Made by a program: the position numbers and the translations under genes. A stretch of 63,402 bases of DNA, counting the filler, from Stramenopiles sp. TOSAG23-2 (lineage: Eukaryota): assembly GCA_900128395.1 (NCBI GenBank). It is 11 parts of 11 records of this genome, joined end to end, with 100 filler letters (N's around TTAATTAATTAA, not from the genome) between each part and the next. Parts side by side here need not be neighbours in the genome. Positions count along the whole stretch, not along the records: positions 33,717 to 40,332 come from LT650430.1; positions 40,433 to 47,045 come from LT650431.1; 9 more parts are not named here. One strand, given 5' to 3'. The notes beneath the pieces were generated by a model. That model worked only from the letters and a program-made list of their open reading frames with translations. It was not told where the DNA came from and did not search any database. This document shows positions 35,342 through 44,825 of the stretch, piece by piece (positions within the stretch are counted from its first letter, which is position 1; each line of letters opens with the position of its first letter).

Positions 35342-37675
35342 CTAATCTAAACTCGGTTTAACAACTTCACCATCTTCATCATCACCGACTTCATCACCTC
35401 CACGAAAGCCTTTGCAACAACAAATAAATTTCCTGCACAATGTGGAAATTGGCCATGGTGCAATGTACAACCATTCATTGACTAAATAGACAATTGGATT
35501 GATACATTTAATTTTAAAAGCTGGGAACCGTTTTGCAGCAAATGCTAAAAGCATTATATTTACAAACAACATAAATTGCAATAACATTTGGGTTGCAATT
35601 AAATTGATGAAAAAACCACTTTCTGCGACACCGCTATTTACAGTCAAATACATCAATACGAACGTATACCACCCTGTTTTTCCATGGAATTTCAATTTTT
35701 TCTTTTTTGATTTTAATGCTTTAATTTTTGACAATCCAGTCACAATTTGAATAAATACGCCAATCAATGTAGTCAAGCCTAGTAACGTATGCACGCTTTT
35801 ATCATGTAAAAGTGTATGTTCTTTAATCCAAAAATGCAATAAAATTACTACAAAGCCAATCAAGAACAATAAGCCACTAAAGGTATTTGCAAATCGATGT
35901 ACAGAACGTAATGATTCTTTCCGTTGAATATAACGTGAATCTGTTTCATCAAAAACATTCCATGAATATGCAGTAATACCTACACCGATAAATATTAAAG
36001 AAGCACTACTCATGCATAAAACATGAATTGCAATTAAAAATCGTGCAAATCCAGTACCTTTCCAATTAATTTGACCAGATACTACAAGTCCATACATAAT
36101 AACTACAGTTGATGCAAAACCTATAATGTATGACATGCAAGCTACATATTTTCTACAACGAGGATTGTTTATATTATTCGAACCGCAACAATACAATTCA
36201 AACGTTTCTCCTTTTTTCATTAATTTATCTTTTTTATTATCAACCATACCACGGCCAGCTTTTCCCTTTACTAATGACGATGGTAGTGTGGTTGAATTAT
36301 TAGTAGTGGCGGTTGAATCGTTATTGTTGTCGCTACTGATAAATTTTTTGCATGTTGCTTCGTATATCAAACGAAATGGTGATTCAACAATATTCATCAA
36401 CCAATGTCTTACTGATTTATGATCTGCTACTACTATTGGAATAACTGCACATATAACTAATATGACTACCCACAATGGTGAGCGCCAATGAATCACATGA
36501 ACCAATTGATTTAATACTATATTAGACTTTCCACTAAATATACAAAAATTACAATCATACGATGCATGATGCATTGAATGATGTTTAACTGACATAACTA
36601 TACCCCATCTTTGCATTGTTCTTACCATAGGTGATAAATATTTAGGATTTGTATGAGACCAACGATGGGATGCCATCATCACATGAGATTGCCATAGAAA
36701 ATGCAAACTAAATAGCATCAATCCAGGGGATGATGGTTTAAGTATGATGTATGATATCATGACTAAAAATACTAATGAATGATGCTCGCGCAGGAAATTC
36801 ATCCAATTACCACGAGCAACTGCTGTTGGATCGTAATGATGTCCTTGAAATGCTTTTGCTTCTGGACCAATTACAGGCCATGTATTCATAACTGGGTTGT
36901 CCAATATAACATGCAAATTCCCAGACATCCAATCTGTAAAGATATACGCAGCAAATATCAACCACATATGATCCTTCACACTTAGCGTTTTACGACCAAA
37001 ACAACCGCATCGATGGCTAAAAATAAATATGAATAATGTAATAAATGTGCATCCAATGACCAGTGTTGTAAAAAGGTCTTTCGTTGAACGCAAATAATCT
37101 TCCTCATCTCTTTTAGCTGGGTTCAATAGTTGCAAGTAGTTGTAGAATCCAGGTTCTGTTTCATTTAATACCTTTCGTTGCTTACCAACCCAATCGCTGA
37201 AATCTTCACTGAATGTTTTATATTTGAATCCAGTCTCTTTATCAAAATAAAATTTCCAAAACTCTTTATCACCTTCTTTACTTAGGCACGTTGTATTGTA
37301 ATGAAAATTTAAGTTAGTTTTTGACTTCGCTATTGCAGGATGCGATAAACCCCATTGTCGCATAGGTGTCAAACCGACTTTCCATATACAACAAGGATCA
37401 CCAAGTTCTAACCCATTTGATTCACCATCACCATCTGTATCAGCCATACATAGTTTTCGCGTCCATTCAAAACCTGCATCTTTGAATGCGTTACCAAATA
37501 TATTTAATGCACCACCACCATGTTTATTCTCATGTCCAAGGGCTTCCACAACTCGCTCATCGACTTCAACCGAACGTAAACCGTTTGGAATTTCATCACG
37601 ATATTGTGGATATGCATATATTAATGGTACTAACAATAAGAGTATGGTGCATAATCTGATCGAATCAAATGCCAT
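35342..37675 (-). CDS. Temptin-like + TMEM189/PEDS1/FAD4-type desaturase + cytochrome b561 fusion protein
   Basis: Signal peptide; IPNG..GHENKHGGGALNIFG..F..WT..LCMADTDGDGESNGLELGDPCCIW; His boxes GNLHVILDN, FQGHH, SHRWSH, KHHSMHH; four b561-type His in IHVLCM, VHRFAN, SVHTLLG, FHGKTG. Confidence 0.82.
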   Translation of the reverse strand: MAFDSIRLCTILLLLVPLIYAYPQYRDEIPNGLRSVEVDERVVEALGHENKHGGGALNIFGNAFKDAGFEWTRKLCMADTDGDGESNGLELGDPCCIWKVGLTPMRQWGLSHPAIAKSKTNLNFHYNTTCLSKEGDKEFWKFYFDKETGFKYKTFSEDFSDWVGKQRKVLNETEPGFYNYLQLLNPAKRDEEDYLRSTKDLFTTLVIGCTFITLFIFIFSHRCGCFGRKTLSVKDHMWLIFAAYIFTDWMSGNLHVILDNPVMNTWPVIGPEAKAFQGHHYDPTAVARGNWMNFLREHHSLVFLVMISYIILKPSSPGLMLFSLHFLWQSHVMMASHRWSHTNPKYLSPMVRTMQRWGIVMSVKHHSMHHASYDCNFCIFSGKSNIVLNQLVHVIHWRSPLWVVILVICAVIPIVVADHKSVRHWLMNIVESPFRLIYEATCKKFISSDNNNDSTATTNNSTTLPSSLVKGKAGRGMVDNKKDKLMKKGETFELYCCGSNNINNPRCRKYVACMSYIIGFASTVVIMYGLVVSGQINWKGTGFARFLIAIHVLCMSSASLIFIGVGITAYSWNVFDETDSRYIQRKESLRSVHRFANTFSGLLFLIGFVVILLHFWIKEHTLLHDKSVHTLLGLTTLIGVFIQIVTGLSKIKALKSKKKKLKFHGKTGWYTFVLMYLTVNSGVAESGFFINLIATQMLLQFMLFVNIMLLAFAAKRFPAFKIKCINPIVYLVNEWLYIAPWPISTLCRKFICCCKGFRGGDEVGDDEDGEVVKPSLD

Positions 37676-38496
37676 TTTTGTTTCCTCGTAGTGATACTAA
37701 TAAAAAGAATAATAATTATCTACACACAAAGCACGAAAAAGTATAGAATCCAATGTTGTAAACTAATTATATGTATATATGTTGTATGTATATACATCAA
37801 CTGTATAACTGTATCCATCTCTCGTGCCTCGTGCCTCAATAAATTACAATAAAAAAATAAATGCGTGTGCCCAAGACCGTTGTTTTTTTGTGGTTGTTCT
37901 CTCTGGTTGTTCTATGTTGTCGTCGTCATATTATTACCTTAATGTTTTAGGATAGATCTGGGAGATGCATTTTACATTTAGCTTTTGCTTGCCGCCTATC
38001 TATATAGTGCTATGTGCTTTTGCTGGGCTTGATTTTTGCTTTTCAATGAATTGATGCACCATTCTATTTAAGATTTGTATACTAATACTGTGCTGTGTCC
38101 CATACCCTAACAGCCCCTCTCCCGATGGTATTTCCCTCGTAGAGAGTGAGGGCTCACTTGGTAATAATAAATACCAAAAAGAAAGTCAACATCGTAAGCC
38201 TATTTGTATGCTATGACATATTTTATTTTCACCGTCCTTTCGTGCTTTTTTCCACCAAACTCCTTAAACTACTAAAAACCTGTAGGGAGCCTATCACACG
38301 GTTGAATAATCGTACTTAAATAGAATTATTTCGTATACTTTTGAGAAAAGGAGATGTTGGAATTTTATTCTAGAAAATAAGGTACAGAATTCGCTACGAA
38401 TATTCTGCAAGAATAATGTTTTTTATACTTATATTGGAACATTTCACCTCCTATCGTAAGAAAAATATAATTTTACAAAGTGACCTACACACTTTT

Positions 38497-40332
38497 TCAA
38501 CAACCACCTCGACCGTACTGTAACAACCGCCTTCTCCTTCTCACATGCGAATTCTCAACTCTGTATTGCGTTCCCGTCAACAGCACGTCTTTGGAATAAT
38601 GTTTGTGGCGTTTGTCTTTTAATTTCTTCAACTTATGTTCACAACCGTCAATACATTTTTGATAATTTACTTCACCTAAACAACAATTCTCATTATCCAC
38701 ATATGCTTTGACATTAACTTTTGCACCAATTAAATAATGTTTTTCACTTTCACAACGTGGCAACTCACTTTGCAAATACCCATTGTCATCTTTAGTATTT
38801 AAATTTACTACAGCAACCCATTCCTTTTTTTTGCCTAACGTATCCATCGCAACCTGCTGAATGGAAATATCTTTTGGAGTGAACAATGGCGCAGCTGGGC
38901 ATGATGCATCATCAATCTCGTAACGCAATGATTGTTTTAAACTAAACATTTTTTTATCATCGTAAGCAATATCATTTTTTAAATAATGAATTGCAATGTT
39001 TTTAATTTCTGTACTAAATAAATCTAAATGATTGTATCCTGTACAATATGTTTGCTTCATTGTAGCTAAATTTTCTGATGTCCATGTAGAACCACTTTCA
39101 AAATGTTTGCATTGTTGCTCTGCTTTTGGCGTCTTAGCAGGTTTTGCTTGCATCACTTGTTGCATGTTGTTTTTACCTATGCGTTTGACAGCTGAACGTT
39201 TGCGTAACGATTTCTCCATGGTTTCTAAAAACGACGACGAGGTCTGGATTGGCATTGGTTGCTTGTACAAACTTTCAATCAAGTTGTAAAATTGCGTCAT
39301 GGAATGTTGGTATGGTATAAACAATTCACATAATTTTTTTTTATCTTTCGCACCTGGGGCATCCACAATGCGTGGGCCGCATAAAGAGACATCATTGAAA
39401 AATAAATCTATCAAATGTTTTGCGTTTTGTCTCTTGCCAGTACGAATTGATTGAAGCGAATCCAATAACTTAATCATACCTCTATGCAAATAACCATTCT
39501 TCTTAATAGTATCAGTCACTTCTACATATAAATTATGACGACTATAATCACCACCTTGTGACAATGCAAATGGTATAATATTTTCACGTTTAATTTTGCC
39601 AGTTGAATCTTCACAGGTTTCTAACGTTTTATCCCGTCTTTCTTTACAACATATATTTGGCCAAAATGATTTTGCTTCTTTATCAATATTTTGTATTTGA
39701 AATAAATTATCTAAATCCGATGTGAAGGAACAAAATGATTTTAATAATTCATCACGGTTTGTGTCGATACATGTAGTATCTTCTTTATCTTCAATTTCGT
39801 TAGAAATTTCAATGGCAGGAAAGACCACAGTACCTTTTGAACGTTGATGTTCACATGCTTTTGTTTCCTTTACATCATCGTTTGCTTTACGTTGCTGCAT
39901 CATTTTGTCATGTTTTATACGTATTTGTTCTTTTTGCCATAAACGTGAGTTTTTGATGGACAAATCGTTTTGTTTTTCTTTTTGTTTATTTAAATCTGTT
40001 TTAATTTCATCAAATAAATCGTTTACGCCAATACATTTAGATTGTTCGGAATCCGTTACTTCACCGGGTTTACATGGTATACATATTGGATTGATACCAC
40101 CTTTACTATATGTATTTATTGGGCATTTGAAACATGTTTTTGTTTTGCATATACATTTATAAAAAATACTACATTGTATTGTTGATTTTGTGTTGTCATT
40201 CCATATATATTTATTATTACCACTAATATAACATCCAGGTGGAACACCCGACGAACTCTTTCGGCCTCCATATCCTTCATTTTTATCAATATTATTCTTA
40301 CTATTATATTCAGCTGCTAATTTACATACACG
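38497..40332 (-). CDS. Large Cys-rich protein, 5' end cut by contig end, ending RRRRRLLQYGRGGC
   Basis: Frame stays open from 39963 to the contig end: PPGCY..CSIFYKCICK..CFKCPINTYSKGG..CIPCKPG (ephrin-receptor-like Cys repeats). Confidence 0.7.
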   Translation of the reverse strand, partial: RVCKLAAEYNSKNNIDKNEGYGGRKSSSGVPPGCYISGNNKYIWNDNTKSTIQCSIFYKCICKTKTCFKCPINTYSKGGINPICIPCKPGEVTDSEQSKCIGVNDLFDEIKTDLNKQKEKQNDLSIKNSRLWQKEQIRIKHDKMMQQRKANDDVKETKACEHQRSKGTVVFPAIEISNEIEDKEDTTCIDTNRDELLKSFCSFTSDLDNLFQIQNIDKEAKSFWPNICCKERRDKTLETCEDSTGKIKRENIIPFALSQGGDYSRHNLYVEVTDTIKKNGYLHRGMIKLLDSLQSIRTGKRQNAKHLIDLFFNDVSLCGPRIVDAPGAKDKKKLCELFIPYQHSMTQFYNLIESLYKQPMPIQTSSSFLETMEKSLRKRSAVKRIGKNNMQQVMQAKPAKTPKAEQQCKHFESGSTWTSENLATMKQTYCTGYNHLDLFSTEIKNIAIHYLKNDIAYDDKKMFSLKQSLRYEIDDASCPAAPLFTPKDISIQQVAMDTLGKKKEWVAVVNLNTKDDNGYLQSELPRCESEKHYLIGAKVNVKAYVDNENCCLGEVNYQKCIDGCEHKLKKLKDKRHKHYSKDVLLTGTQYRVENSHVRRRRRLLQYGRGGC

Positions 40333-41279
40333 NNNNNNNNNNNNNNNNNNNNNNNNNNNNNNNNNNNNNNNNNNNNTTAATTAATTAANNNNNNNNNNNN
40401 NNNNNNNNNNNNNNNNNNNNNNNNNNNNNNNNTAGGGGTATAATTTCCCATCATTGGAGTACTAATAGTTGTAGTGTGTCATATACTAAAATGGTTTCAC
40501 AAAAAAAAATATTTTGTGTTTATGATTGTAATTGTTCTAATTGTATTCCAGTGTATTGTGATGATGGAGTTTATTATAATAGTCAAATAATTATACATGG
40601 GAATAGCATTAAAACATTAAAACTTGCCGCAGCAACAGTGAAGTGGTTTGTGCGTTTAAAACGTAAAAACAAAAGTAAAAACCAAAATCACACAGGAATG
40701 CTCAGATGACAATAATTTTTATTATATACTTAAATAGAAATGAGACTACCAAACAAATATTCTATGAATGTTATCCTATCATATTATATAAGTTATACTT
40801 GAATGGTACATTAGAATACTAAATGGACAGCAATTAAGCTTCATTTCGTAGTAGATGATGCAAGATGTAAATACTATCCCGAAGGCTATCATATGTGCAT
40901 ATATATATATATAGAGGAAGGGAGGAAGGGTGCGGATGGTATAGTCATTCAATATATAGATGTACACATATGTGGATAGAGATTGATTGATCGATCTATC
41001 TATAGCTATCTACAATTGTTAGTTATATAAGTGGAAATATAATATAGAGATTAATTAGGTACGTATAGTGATACGTTGTGATTAATACTCATTGTTTGTT
41101 GAGTAGTACAAGTAAAAAAACAACAGAACATAGTTTGGTCAAACATTATTTTAATATTTACTTAATATTGCAGTAAGAACATTTTTATAAAGAAATAGAA
41201 AAGGGGGGGAAAGATTATTCTATATTATCATATAAATAAAGAAATAGAAGTATATATATAACAAATCAACACCAACAAT

Positions 41280-44200
41280 ATGGAAATTGTATCCAATGAT
41301 AGAAATGTTAGTATACATACTATTAATATAAAGAAAGGAAATAATAATAATAATAATAACGATACAAGGAAGTTACCTTCTCCATTTAATAATAATAATA
41401 ATAGAACAAATAACAACAACAATAATACTACCACCGTCAACAAACAACAAAAAGAACCATCAAAACATAATATGAATCATATGTTTCAAGTTATTCAAGG
41501 ACATCCAGATTTAATCACATCACCATTATCTAATTTTAAATTACCATCTGAAAATAGACATCATACATTAATTAATCATGAATATAAAAAAAAAACAGAT
41601 ATATTCATGAAACAAAAGAAAAAAAATAAAAAAAATAAACATCTTAGTATGAATTCAAATAACAATAGCAACCATCATAAAGCAACACTAACAAAAACAG
41701 CAGCTACAATAACAAAGACATCTGCTGCAAAAGCGAAAACAGCTTCATCTGCTATATCATTTGGTGGTATTCATGGACATAGTATTAAAAGTCCAATGAC
41801 AACATCATCATCTTTTAAACAAAAACAAGTAAAAGATTTATTTCAAGATGATGTAATAAAACAAGGAGTAGAAGAACAATTATTAATAATTAGTAGTAGT
41901 GGGGATGGAAGCAATAATAGCAGTGGTAATAGTACAAATACATCTGAAGATGAGGAGGAAAGTAATAATAATAATAACAGAAATATGTTAGATGAAACGA
42001 AATTCGCAACAAATAGTAGCAATAAACATAAAGTATCATCAACGAAAAATAATTATATGAAACATAAGAAAATACCAAATGCAATTACACAATTAGTAAA
42101 TGATTTAATAAATGTTGTATCATTTAAAGTTTCAATATCATATAATAAACCATTAGTAGATGATTTAGAAACATATCAAGAGAAAGGATGGAAAAAAGAA
42201 ATTGAACAACGTAAATGTAAATTAATTGAGCAACGAAATGCTGCTAGGAAACGTTTAAAATTAAATGAAATGAAACGTAAAGAACGTTTACAACGTTTAA
42301 CAAATCATAGTCGACATCGACGTAATATACGTAATAATACATCAAGAACGCATCGTGATAGTAATCATAATAATATGCATTATCGTATTAATGGTAATGA
42401 AAAAGAAAAAATGAAAAATTATATGGAAGAATATATACAAAAAGTTACAAAGCATATAGGTATGAAAAAAGAAGCAGCAGTATGGAAACAAGTACCACAA
42501 CCTGGTCGTATGCCTAAACCACCATCTAATACATCATCTCATCATAATAAAAAACATCATAAATCATCAAAACATAAACATAGTGATAAAAAAAGTAATA
42601 ATAATAGGAAGAAACATCGAATTAAAAATACAAAAAAAACGCTTTTAGATAATGCTGCTGCAAATGCATTGTCACCAAGAAGTTTAATACCAAAACGACC
42701 TGGTAATAGTAGTAATAATAATAATACAAACGATGACAAGATGAAAAGTAATAAAACATCATCTAATGAAAATAATACAAAATTATTATTAGAGCAGGAG
42801 CAACAACAACAACAACAACAACAAATTGTTGATGAAAAGAATAATATTATTGATAATAATAATAAAATGATGATGAAATTACCAATCCAAAAACCTAATC
42901 CAAAACGCCCACAAACAGCAAATGCTAGATTAAATATGGAAAAATTAAATGGATATAATAATGATAATACGACAACGAAAGTTCAATATAAAGAAGAAGT
43001 GCAATACCCATTATCACCACGTTTACGTCTATTACATCATTCAAATGTAAAACGTGTAAATAATACAAATGAATTATTTACATTAGATGATGATGATGAT
43101 AATAATAATAACAACGATGATGTTGATGAGAGTAACGACACAGATGAAACGAAAATGAATACAAAAGTAAATATTAATAAAATGAAATATGCAACAAAAC
43201 GTAGTATTAAACAACGTCCTAGTACTGCATCATCCGGCTCATCGCGTACACGAAGAAGTAGACATAGAATGCTAAGAGGAGGACATAATAGACATAAAAG
43301 TAAAACTAGTAAAATTGATAATAATTATCAAGCAAGAAGTAGTGGTCAAGATAGCAACAATAATAATGAATATGATGCCATACCTTCATCAGAAATATTA
43401 GTACAAACGTCGCCTATTTATTTAGATCGTAAAATTGATATTGCCATAAGAGACTCAGAAATATATGCTTTAAAAGCATTGGATTTATTATCACAAGCAA
43501 CACAAAAAACTAGTAAGAACAACAATCTTCGAGCAAAGCAACAAGAGGATGATAGCAGAGTTGGTCATATAAAACAACAAGAGGATGATAGCAAAGATGG
43601 TCATATAAATGATCACAAAACATCGATGAAAAGGATGACAGATAATAACGATATAGTCGAGGAAAAGAAAACATGCGGTAATAGTAGTAGTAGTAGTAGT
43701 AGTAGTAGTAATAATAATGAAGATATTAATAAGAATAATACGACGAAACAAACTCAACCGCCAAAACAACGTTATTTTATTCGTAGTAAAAAAGTTCGTA
43801 AAAGAACAAGACCAAGTTCTGCATCCACGCGTAGTAATAATAATAATAAATATTCTGCCGGTAGTGGTGCAAATGTTGTCATGGCAAGAAGAAAAACATC
43901 AAGAAGAAATGATAATAAAAGTAATAATAATAATAGTTCTACTACTACTAGAAAACAAAAGGTAGTACATGCTGGATTGCCTGGTTGGAGTGGACCAGCT
44001 GGTTCTAGTTTACAACGGAATGGCAGCTATGTAACGAAAGCAGAATCCTTTTCATTTGCAAAACCAAATTTGCAATTGCAATTATTTAGTCGCTCTAGAT
44101 CATCACGTCCATGGGAAACAAAGATTCAAAGTCCTACTAATAGTGGTAATAGACGTAGTAGTAGATCACATAAAACAAAATCGTCTCGTAGAAAACAACA

Positions 44201-44447
44201 GCAACAAAAACAACAACAGCAAACGCCTTTAGAACGCTGGCAAAGTGAGACGGAAACTATTATCAAACGATTGAATCAAATACGTATACAACAAGGCAAT
44301 ACATTGCGTAGTGAGCAAGAAAGTAAAAAAGGTAAAGAAATTAGTCGGGAGAAAAAACGATGGAAAGAATTGATGCAACGTGAACATAAACGTGAAATGA
44401 AAATGTTAAAACGTGAAGCGAAAGTTGCATATAGTAGTGCTAGGTGA
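41280..44447 (+). CDS. Low-complexity Asn/Lys/Ser-rich hypothetical protein
   Basis: 1055-aa open frame with coiled-coil stretches and RP-x-(T/S)-A repeats; no recognisable domain. Confidence 0.65.
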   Translation: MEIVSNDRNVSIHTINIKKGNNNNNNNDTRKLPSPFNNNNNRTNNNNNNTTTVNKQQKEPSKHNMNHMFQVIQGHPDLITSPLSNFKLPSENRHHTLINHEYKKKTDIFMKQKKKNKKNKHLSMNSNNNSNHHKATLTKTAATITKTSAAKAKTASSAISFGGIHGHSIKSPMTTSSSFKQKQVKDLFQDDVIKQGVEEQLLIISSSGDGSNNSSGNSTNTSEDEEESNNNNNRNMLDETKFATNSSNKHKVSSTKNNYMKHKKIPNAITQLVNDLINVVSFKVSISYNKPLVDDLETYQEKGWKKEIEQRKCKLIEQRNAARKRLKLNEMKRKERLQRLTNHSRHRRNIRNNTSRTHRDSNHNNMHYRINGNEKEKMKNYMEEYIQKVTKHIGMKKEAAVWKQVPQPGRMPKPPSNTSSHHNKKHHKSSKHKHSDKKSNNNRKKHRIKNTKKTLLDNAAANALSPRSLIPKRPGNSSNNNNTNDDKMKSNKTSSNENNTKLLLEQEQQQQQQQQIVDEKNNIIDNNNKMMMKLPIQKPNPKRPQTANARLNMEKLNGYNNDNTTTKVQYKEEVQYPLSPRLRLLHHSNVKRVNNTNELFTLDDDDDNNNNNDDVDESNDTDETKMNTKVNINKMKYATKRSIKQRPSTASSGSSRTRRSRHRMLRGGHNRHKSKTSKIDNNYQARSSGQDSNNNNEYDAIPSSEILVQTSPIYLDRKIDIAIRDSEIYALKALDLLSQATQKTSKNNNLRAKQQEDDSRVGHIKQQEDDSKDGHINDHKTSMKRMTDNNDIVEEKKTCGNSSSSSSSSSNNNEDINKNNTTKQTQPPKQRYFIRSKKVRKRTRPSSASTRSNNNNKYSAGSGANVVMARRKTSRRNDNKSNNNNSSTTTRKQKVVHAGLPGWSGPAGSSLQRNGSYVTKAESFSFAKPNLQLQLFSRSRSSRPWETKIQSPTNSGNRRSSRSHKTKSSRRKQQQQKQQQQTPLERWQSETETIIKRLNQIRIQQGNTLRSEQESKKGKEISREKKRWKELMQREHKREMKMLKREAKVAYSSAR

Positions 44448-44825
44448 GAGAGAGAGAGAGAGAGAGATTTGTGTGTGTGTGAGTGGATAGTGTGTGTGTA
44501 GTTTGTGTTAAGAAAAGACGCAAAAATATAGAGAAGGAGAGGATAGGGTGGTATGTGGTGTATATAAAGAGAAGTAGGATTAGAGGAGAAATATACAGCC
44601 AAGAAGAAGTTTTTTGTTTTGCGTGTGCGGTGTGTGCGTAAATTTTAGCGTGTAGAAAGTAGAAACGTCTCTCCACATAACAAAAAGATAACACTCAGAG
44701 ATCATAAAAATTTACAAAAATAAAAATATGCACATACAGTGTGTTATAATATGACGACCAATTTCGTACATGATTACGATAAAAAATATCTCCCAACACA
44801 CCCTCAACTCTCTCCAACATGCACC

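Noticed and set aside
41280-44447. AAT/CAA/AGT triplet runs as special repeats
   Set aside because: Ordinary poly-Asn/Gln/Ser coding tracts seen throughout the host genes.
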